A stretch of 64,000 nucleotides of DNA, taken from an uncultured bacterium (lineage in GTDB: Bacteria > Abyssobacteria > SURF-5). The position numbers and the translations under genes were made by a program. Positions 57,655 to 64,000 of the stretch are shown here, in pieces. Location: the NCBI GenBank assembly GCA_964607485.1, contig CAZSKP010000012.1, positions 32,001 through 96,000 on the forward strand, read 5' to 3'. Each line of letters begins with the position of its first letter. The stretch's first letter is position 1. Under the pieces are notes generated by a model that was not told the origin of the DNA, did not search any database, and saw only the letters and a list, made by a program, of their open reading frames with translations.

Positions 57655-57689
57655 GGGAACGGGGGCGTCGGGAGCGGGAGGCTTGGGCG

Positions 57690-59192
57690 TCAAGCGAACT
57701 TCGCCGGGTCGTACTCGGGCACGTAGTCTTCCATGAGAGGAAAGTCGTCCAGGTTTCGCGCGAACGCCGCCCGCAGGAATGAATCCAGCCACCAGAAGAT
57801 ATCCGTTTGCCGGATGATGGCCCTGAGCCTCTTCATCCGCGACCGTCGTTCCTCAATGCCCATCTCGACCGCCTGGTGGATTGCGTTCGACACTTCCTCG
57901 ATGCTGTACGGGTTCACCAGCAGCGCCCCCTTCTGCAACTGGACCGCCGCGCCGGCAAACTCACTGAGAATCAGCACGCAGTTTTCCTCGATGCTGCACG
58001 CGCAATACTCCTTGGCCACCAGATTCATGCCGTCCTTCAGCGGAGTTACGAGGGCGATTTCGGCGACGCGGTAGTAGGCAAGCAGTTCATTATGCTCCAG
58101 CTGCCGGTATATGTAGTAGATCGGAACCCATCCGGACATGGTAAACTGACCGTTGATTTCGCCCACGAGCCGTTCGATATCCTTCTTGAGGCCGCGGTAT
58201 TCGGGGATTTCCTCACGGCTCGGCACGACGACCTGAATGAAGGTGAGCTTCTCGCGCAGCTCCGGGAAGCGTTCCATCGCATCCCTGAACGCTTCGAGCC
58301 TGTTGGTGATGCCCTTGGTGTAATCCAGACGGTCGATGCCGAGGATAAGCTGGCGGTTTGGCAGGTCCTCGTGGACGAACCACGCCTGCTCGGCGACTTC
58401 CCGGCTCGACGCCTGTTTCGCAAACGTGTTGTAGTCGATGCTGATGGGGAAGCTGCCGAGGCGCACCTCCCTGTCTTCTACCCGGCCGGTGAGAACCTGA
58501 CCTTTTCCCCTTATTGGAACATCTTTGCGAAGAGCGCGGGTGCACTGAACGAAGTTGCGTCTGTCACGCAGCGTCTGAAATCCGATGAGGTCATGCTCGA
58601 GCAGCGCGCCGAGAATCTCGAATCGCCATGGAAGCTTGAGGAAGAAATCGAGCTGAGGGAAGGGAATGTGCAGAAAAAAGCCGATCCTGTTCTTGACGCC
58701 CATGCCGCGTAATTCACGCGCCACGGTCAAGAGATGATAGTCGTGAATCCAGATATAATCGTCCTTCCTGATGTTCTTTGCGATTACCTCTGCGAACTTG
58801 CGGTTGACCTTGCGGTAGGCCGACCAACATTCCGGGTCGGGGATTTTGCGAGGCTGAAAATCATGGAAGACGGGCCACAGAATTTCGTTGGAGAATCCAT
58901 AATAGAATTTGTTCTTTTCCTCGGTGGTCAATGTGACCGGCTTGAATGTGTATCCTTCCCTCCTGGTCGCCTCGGCCAGAACATCCTCGACCTCTATTCC
59001 CTCTTCCGCCAATGTCCCCGGCCAGCCGATCCATAATCCTCCGCGGTTTTTCAACACGGGGGCCATCGCGGTGACCAACCCGCCGGAGCCGGATTTGACC
59101 TCTAATTGACCGTCATGGCTCCTGTTCACCACTATCGGCAGGCGATTGGATACGATGACAAGCCGACTGTCGGACAATTTCGTCAACGGCAT
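57690..59192 (-). CDS. otsA: Trehalose-6-phosphate synthase (GT20)
   Basis: VSNRLP, SGGLV, WIHDYHL, FFLHIPFP, DRLDYTKG, DGMNLVAKEY, LSEFAGAA. Confidence 0.95.
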   Translation of the reverse strand: MPLTKLSDSRLVIVSNRLPIVVNRSHDGQLEVKSGSGGLVTAMAPVLKNRGGLWIGWPGTLAEEGIEVEDVLAEATRREGYTFKPVTLTTEEKNKFYYGFSNEILWPVFHDFQPRKIPDPECWSAYRKVNRKFAEVIAKNIRKDDYIWIHDYHLLTVARELRGMGVKNRIGFFLHIPFPQLDFFLKLPWRFEILGALLEHDLIGFQTLRDRRNFVQCTRALRKDVPIRGKGQVLTGRVEDREVRLGSFPISIDYNTFAKQASSREVAEQAWFVHEDLPNRQLILGIDRLDYTKGITNRLEAFRDAMERFPELREKLTFIQVVVPSREEIPEYRGLKKDIERLVGEINGQFTMSGWVPIYYIYRQLEHNELLAYYRVAEIALVTPLKDGMNLVAKEYCACSIEENCVLILSEFAGAAVQLQKGALLVNPYSIEEVSNAIHQAVEMGIEERRSRMKRLRAIIRQTDIFWWLDSFLRAAFARNLDDFPLMEDYVPEYDPAKFA

Positions 59193-59247
59193 GAGCTCAC
59201 CCCCGGAGCTTTTATAGTTTTCTCCAATATTTCCGGCCGATGAGACG

Positions 59248-60042
59248 TCATTTATCTATCTCGCACGCTTCCGCCCAATTCGAGAGGAACTCCAAGAGCT
59301 CCTCGGGCGGCGTAATCCACAGGTCGGCTGCGGTCGAGCGGAACTCGTCGCGCACAAGAACGCCCAATCCTCTCCCCTTGATGGCGCCGAACGCATCCTC
59401 ATCCGTCAAATCATCGCCCAGATAGGCGGCAGCCGTATCCCCTCCCATTTCGGCAAAGACCATATCGACCGCGAAGCCTTTGTTTCTGCCGGGAATGCGA
59501 AGCTCGACGCCTCCGTCGAACTCGTGCAGATCGAGCTCCTCGTTCCAGGCCGAGAGAGTCCATTTCTTTTGCACTTCGTTGCGAATCGTTTTGACCTCGC
59601 CCGCTTCCAATCCCCTCCAATGAACCGCGAGGCAGGCGGGCTTGTGCTCGACCCGCTCGGCCAGTCCTGCCCTTTCAATCCAGGCGTCGGCTTCGGCAAG
59701 TGCTTTCAGGGAGGTTTCCTCCAGTTTGCCAATTTCATACGTGCCGTCGGGCCTTAGCTGCTCCCAGCCGTGAGACCCCCAGATTTCGGGCAGGCGCTTG
59801 AGTCCGAGGAGCGGAATCAAATCCTTCGTCCATCGCCCGGTGATGAGTATCACGCGGGTACTTTCCGCATCCACGAGCGTCTGCAATATCTCGCGCACGC
59901 CGGGATAAGGGGTCGCTCTGTCGCGCTCTACGGTGAAGGGAGCGAGGGTTCCGTCGTAATCGAGGAGCAGCGCGCGCTTGGCGGCCTCTGAGACGCGCCG
60001 GAAAAACCTCTGCGGCTCGAATTCTGGCTTGAGAATTTTCAT
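59248..60042 (-). CDS. otsB: Trehalose-6-phosphate phosphatase (HAD)
   Basis: LDYDGTL, ITGR, GSHG, NKG, GDDLTDEDAF. Confidence 0.93.
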   Translation of the reverse strand: MKILKPEFEPQRFFRRVSEAAKRALLLDYDGTLAPFTVERDRATPYPGVREILQTLVDAESTRVILITGRWTKDLIPLLGLKRLPEIWGSHGWEQLRPDGTYEIGKLEETSLKALAEADAWIERAGLAERVEHKPACLAVHWRGLEAGEVKTIRNEVQKKWTLSAWNEELDLHEFDGGVELRIPGRNKGFAVDMVFAEMGGDTAAAYLGDDLTDEDAFGAIKGRGLGVLVRDEFRSTAADLWITPPEELLEFLSNWAEACEIDK

Positions 60043-60143
60043 GATTCGGCTATCCGTGTCTGTGTTGTTTGTATCGGGTGAATGTCGATTATCCGCAGGA
60101 ACTTCTCTGCTTCATTCGCCCCTGCGGAGCTAAGAATAAGCGC

Positions 60144-61385
60144 TCATCCCAACTCGATCCTGCTCTTGTTTCCATACAAGAGCGAGACCATCAGGGTGAG
60201 CGACTCGCGCAGTTGCCGGGTAAGGAGGAAGTTGTCCCTGACGAAGTGTCTGGCCTTCTCCCCCATCTCGAAAATTTTCTCGCGATGACTGAGCAGGTAG
60301 CGAACGCGCAGCGCAACGCCCTCGGCCGAATCGACGCGAAAACCGGTGTGGTGGTCAACAACCTGCAGTCGAATGCCTCCGGTGTTTCCCCCAATGACGG
60401 GCTTGCCCTTCCACATCGCTTCGGTCACCGTGAGGCCGAATCCTTCCTTGATGGATTTTTGCAGCACGATGTCGGCGGCGCGTTGCAACGCGTTTATTAT
60501 CCGATGCGAGTCGGGGGGCAGCAGCAGGATATGGATGTCAGGATCATCGGCGCCGGCTTCCCTGACCTCGGCAAGAACGGCGTCTCCCTCGGGATCGTCC
60601 GAAGCTCCGCCGCCGGCCAGGACCAATTGCAGGGCCGGGATAAATCTCTTGGCCAACTTGTAACCGCGTATGACGCCCACCGGGTCCTTGAACCGGTCGA
60701 AACGGGACACCTGAACGATGACGGGCCTCGTGCGGTCGATTCCGAAACGCTCGCACACCTGCCCGACTTCACCCTCGTCAAGTTCTATGTTCTTTTCGCT
60801 CAACGGGTCGATGCTGGGCGGAATAATGAATTGCGGATGGGAAAGCCTCTGCTCGAAGTCGGCCAGCGAAAAAACGCTCGCGTCGTATCCGGCGACGAAC
60901 TCGCGTAGATATTTCCACACGGGCCGGAACGGCCGGCTGATATCGATGTGACAACGCCATATCCATTTGCCCTTGCGATTCGGGCACAATTTCAGCAGTG
61001 AAGCCGGTTGAGGGTCGTGGATGAACACAAAGTCGGCGCTTTCGAGAGCCGGCCGGAGCACCTCCGCGTTCTTGGCGTTTGTAACCTCGTATATTTTGAG
61101 CAACGCCTGCGGAATTTCGACCTTTTCGCCCTGCAGCCCGTTATGGAAACCCTTGGTGCATTGGAAGAAATCGCCGTTTCCGGAAATTACTTCCCAATGG
61201 GCGTCAACGCCCAGGTCTCCCATGATGGGCACCAGCTTCGTCAAGATCTCGGCGACTCCTCCGCCTTCACGAGTCGAATTCACGTGAACAACTTTCTTGC
61301 CCTCAAGCGGCTTCGCCAATTGCTGGAGGTGGCTGATGACGTCCTCACCTACAACTTCCGCATATTGTTGCAGAACATTCGTCAT
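60144..61385 (-). CDS. treT: Trehalose synthase TreT-like glycosyltransferase
   Basis: HVNSTREGGGVAEIL, IHDPQP, WRCHID, QVSRFDRFKDP, EGFGLTVTEAMWK. Confidence 0.9.
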   Translation of the reverse strand: MTNVLQQYAEVVGEDVISHLQQLAKPLEGKKVVHVNSTREGGGVAEILTKLVPIMGDLGVDAHWEVISGNGDFFQCTKGFHNGLQGEKVEIPQALLKIYEVTNAKNAEVLRPALESADFVFIHDPQPASLLKLCPNRKGKWIWRCHIDISRPFRPVWKYLREFVAGYDASVFSLADFEQRLSHPQFIIPPSIDPLSEKNIELDEGEVGQVCERFGIDRTRPVIVQVSRFDRFKDPVGVIRGYKLAKRFIPALQLVLAGGGASDDPEGDAVLAEVREAGADDPDIHILLLPPDSHRIINALQRAADIVLQKSIKEGFGLTVTEAMWKGKPVIGGNTGGIRLQVVDHHTGFRVDSAEGVALRVRYLLSHREKIFEMGEKARHFVRDNFLLTRQLRESLTLMVSLLYGNKSRIELG

Positions 61386-62059
61386 GACACGGAATCTCCG
61401 AAGTAGCCCCTAAATACGGAAGCGAGTTGATCGCGGAGTTCGCTCAAGGTCGGGAAAAACGGGTCCACGTCGGCAAGCTGGCTGATCAGGACTTTGTATT
61501 TCTTTCCATAGCCGGAGAGCCACGCCCTGAAGTCGTCAACCTTGTCGGGAGTACGCCGGCGCGCATCGATGAAATGGTAAAAAATGCTCCCTATCGACAT
61601 ATGAGGAATCGCGGTGACGAAGTCTTTTGCCGCAGTGAGCTGGCGATGCGTGTCGAAAACCACCAGATGCGTGGTGATGAAGCTGAACTGCTTATCCGGC
61701 CGCGACCATGGGACCATCTCGCTCTCGTCCAGCCTCTCCTCGATTATGTCAATCAGCTTCTGGCGCAGAGCTTCCAGGTCGTCGAAATCCGTCGGGTCGA
61801 CCACGCCCAAACGCTCTGCGAGCTTCTCGTCGTGGAGCCCGCGGTAGGCCCACGCGGCAAAATCGTTGTTGTATTCAGGGTCGTCAAACCGCGGCCGCAG
61901 CAGACCTCCCCAAAAATGGTGGTAGATGCTGTCAGGGTCCACGGTCAGAAGGTGTTCTCGCAACTCCCTGAGATTATGCGCCTTTTTGCCCGTGGCTATG
62001 GCAATCAGCGCACAGTCCTTGACCGCGAACGGCTGGACTTTTGTCGCCTTGGGAGGCAT
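61382..62059 (-). CDS. DUF5752-like protein associated with treT
   Basis: Two internal repeats (SIYHHF...NDFAAW and SIFYHF...DDFRAW); overlaps the treT start. Confidence 0.75.
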   Translation of the reverse strand: MPPKATKVQPFAVKDCALIAIATGKKAHNLRELREHLLTVDPDSIYHHFWGGLLRPRFDDPEYNNDFAAWAYRGLHDEKLAERLGVVDPTDFDDLEALRQKLIDIIEERLDESEMVPWSRPDKQFSFITTHLVVFDTHRQLTAAKDFVTAIPHMSIGSIFYHFIDARRRTPDKVDDFRAWLSGYGKKYKVLISQLADVDPFFPTLSELRDQLASVFRGYFGDSVS

Positions 62060-62330
62060 CTTTCACCCCATTTTGACGATTGACAGTTTCCCGCCTTCCT
62101 TTCGTTCTCTCATTAATACTAACAGGCTAGCAGGAAAGATGCCAAGAATACCAGGGAACCTTAGATTTAAGGACTTGATATGATTGCAGCCCCCGTCCGA
62201 AGAGGCACAGAGTCCGAAGATGCTTGATGCCGCCTGCTTTCCGTCCCAGTTACATAATACACCAAAAAGCGCGATACGGCAACCTTCCGACCGGTTGTGA
62301 CTCAAATGGCGAAGCGCAATCCGGACGCGT

Positions 62331-63782
62331 TCAGTCCGGCCCTCCGGATATCCGCTCGCGCGCCTTGCGGAACTGCTCCAACCTCGCCAGTACCAGGCAG
62401 GCGGCTCTCACGGAATCGAACGCGGGGACGCCGACCTTGAGCAGCCTCTGTTTCAGGGTGAGCCGGAACTCTTCCGCGTCCAGTTGGTCGGAATCCCGGG
62501 TCAGGGCGAAAACGACCGGTTTGGCGACGCGCGTCTTGACGCTCTCCAGCGCCCTGACCAGATATTCAAGGGCTTCTTCCAGCGACACGCCGACACGTTT
62601 GAGATTCCTGAAGAGGAAATACAACTGGTATGTGAACAGAACGCAATCGATGTTGGGGTCGCGGTCGATGATTTCGATGATCCGTGCGATGTTCTGGGGC
62701 ATGATGCCGTGGGCGCTGGCGTCAACGGGGTTCTTGCGTATGGTCCCCGCCTCCCGCAAGACGGTGAGGAGTTTCTGCTGCGTCTCTTGCAGCAGGCTTG
62801 GCAACCTCAGGCCGTGCTCGTTGCACTGGTCGGATGCAATCACGCTGTTGCCGCCGCCCGTGGTCACGAGGGCCGTGTTCAATCCTTTCGGCGGGGACAG
62901 GTGCTTGAGCGCGAGCATCATGTCGATCATCTCGTCGCTGTCGTCCACCAGAATGGCGCCCGCCTGCTTAATCATTCCCTTCCAGACGTCATAGGAGCCG
63001 GCCAGAGCGCCCGTGTGGCCGACGGCCGCGTAGGTGCCGGCGGGCGTGCGGCCGCCTTTCCAGATGATTACCGGCTTTTCCCTCGCCGATTCCTTCAGCG
63101 TTTCGAAGAACACGCGCCCCTCACCCGCCCCCTCGATATAGATGCCGATGACGGCGGTCTTCTCATCCTCGGCGAAATACCGGAGAAAATCGCTCGACGA
63201 AAGGTCGCTGGCGTTGCCGTAACTGATGGCCTTGCTCAGCCTCAGCCCGCGCTCCGTCACACACCTGATGAAATTGATGGCGTGGCCGCCGCTTTGCGAG
63301 ATGAAGGCGACGTCGCCCGCCTCGGTCGTGTGGTTTTCATCGAAGCCCACCCGCGCCTCGGGACAGTAAACGCCCATGCAGTTCGGCCCTATCAGCCTGA
63401 TCCTGCCCCGCGCAAGCTCTACCAACTCTCTCTCCAGGCGTTCCCCCTCCTCGGTCTGCAACTCCTTGAAACCGGCGGTGAAGAAGTGGACGTAGGAGAC
63501 TCCCTTCTCTATGCAGTCGGCCACCACTCCGGCCGTCGCCGCCGCGGGCACGCCGATGATCGCGTAATCGACCGGCCCGGGAATATCCGTGACTTTTGTG
63601 TATGCGCGAAGGCCCATCACCACCTCGCCCGAGGACGTGTTGACCGGATAAAGACCGCCCGGATAGCCGAGCGCAATCAGGCTGTGCAGAAACATGCTCG
63701 AGCCCTTTGCATAATTGTCCGATGCGCCTATGACCGCGATGCCACGCGGAAAAAACAGCCGGTCCAGATTATTCTCGTTCAA
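62331..63782 (-). CDS. CoA-binding protein, alpha-type subunit of an ADP-forming acyl-CoA ligase
   Basis: IAVIGAS, IGPNCMG, ISQSGG, SYGN, AAVGHTGALAG (phospho-His), NPVD; no ATP-grasp domain. Confidence 0.88.
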   Translation of the reverse strand: MNENNLDRLFFPRGIAVIGASDNYAKGSSMFLHSLIALGYPGGLYPVNTSSGEVVMGLRAYTKVTDIPGPVDYAIIGVPAAATAGVVADCIEKGVSYVHFFTAGFKELQTEEGERLERELVELARGRIRLIGPNCMGVYCPEARVGFDENHTTEAGDVAFISQSGGHAINFIRCVTERGLRLSKAISYGNASDLSSSDFLRYFAEDEKTAVIGIYIEGAGEGRVFFETLKESAREKPVIIWKGGRTPAGTYAAVGHTGALAGSYDVWKGMIKQAGAILVDDSDEMIDMMLALKHLSPPKGLNTALVTTGGGNSVIASDQCNEHGLRLPSLLQETQQKLLTVLREAGTIRKNPVDASAHGIMPQNIARIIEIIDRDPNIDCVLFTYQLYFLFRNLKRVGVSLEEALEYLVRALESVKTRVAKPVVFALTRDSDQLDAEEFRLTLKQRLLKVGVPAFDSVRAACLVLARLEQFRKARERISGGPD

Positions 63783-64000
63783 GACGTTCGAGTCTCCTCC
63801 TGCCGGACCTTGTCGGTCCGGCCCTTCGAAACCGTTTGCGGGTCCGTCGATCGTTTCTTGGTTGACGGGAAGAAGAGCAGGCTGATTTACAGACCAAATG
63901 CTCGCTGGGGCGATTTCTCAAGCCGCTATTCTAGCATTGCATGACAATCACCGTCAAATAGAAAGTCGATTCGTTGACACCCGTTCCGCCGTGTTGCTAT

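Noticed and set aside
62063-62305. Short ORFs between the DUF5752-like and CoA-binding genes
   Set aside because: No motifs or RBS; probably promoter region of the trehalose operon.
1593-63944. Long antisense or alternate-frame ORFs (e.g. 1593-3245, 11093-12466, 16932-18482, 43837-45084, 62484-63944)
   Set aside because: They overlap well-supported genes and lack motifs; expected shadows in GC-rich DNA.
63974-64000. Promoter TTGACA...TAT on the plus strand
   Set aside because: The -10 is cut off by the window edge and its gene is outside the window.

Overview
GC-rich DNA from a diderm, probably anaerobic bacterium, in four blocks. (1) 1-9.1 kb is mixed: a 5'-truncated B12-binding radical SAM gene, an HD-GYP protein, an FGE-fold protein, a rubrerythrin-like protein, an AT-rich islet with two divergent GT-C-type membrane glycosyltransferase genes (one doubly frameshifted), and an FAD/NAD(P)H oxidoreductase. 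(2) 9.4-24.8 kb is one minus-strand run: MerR regulator, Rieske protein, ferredoxin, Zn-alcohol dehydrogenase, a Tat-exported ethylbenzene/steroid-C25-dehydrogenase-like molybdoenzyme (alpha, gamma, beta, chaperone), split cytochrome b6 plus subunit IV, an octaheme cytochrome c, and a large secreted duplicated beta-helix protein. The molybdoenzyme genes sit between the Rieske gene and the cytochrome b genes. This is the best candidate for an undescribed system. (3) 25.4-55.0 kb is a 24-gene Wzx/Wzy polysaccharide locus with an OPX plus beta-barrel export pair, seven GT4 enzymes and many tailoring enzymes, including three cobalamin-dependent radical SAM proteins. (4) 55.3-64 kb holds an EamA transporter, a GH4 hydrolase, a DUF5752-treT-otsB-otsA trehalose operon and an acyl-CoA ligase alpha-type subunit. 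Several REP/MITE-like palindromes lie between genes. I saw no rRNA, tRNA, CRISPR array or transposase. All calls come from reading motifs by eye, not from database searches.
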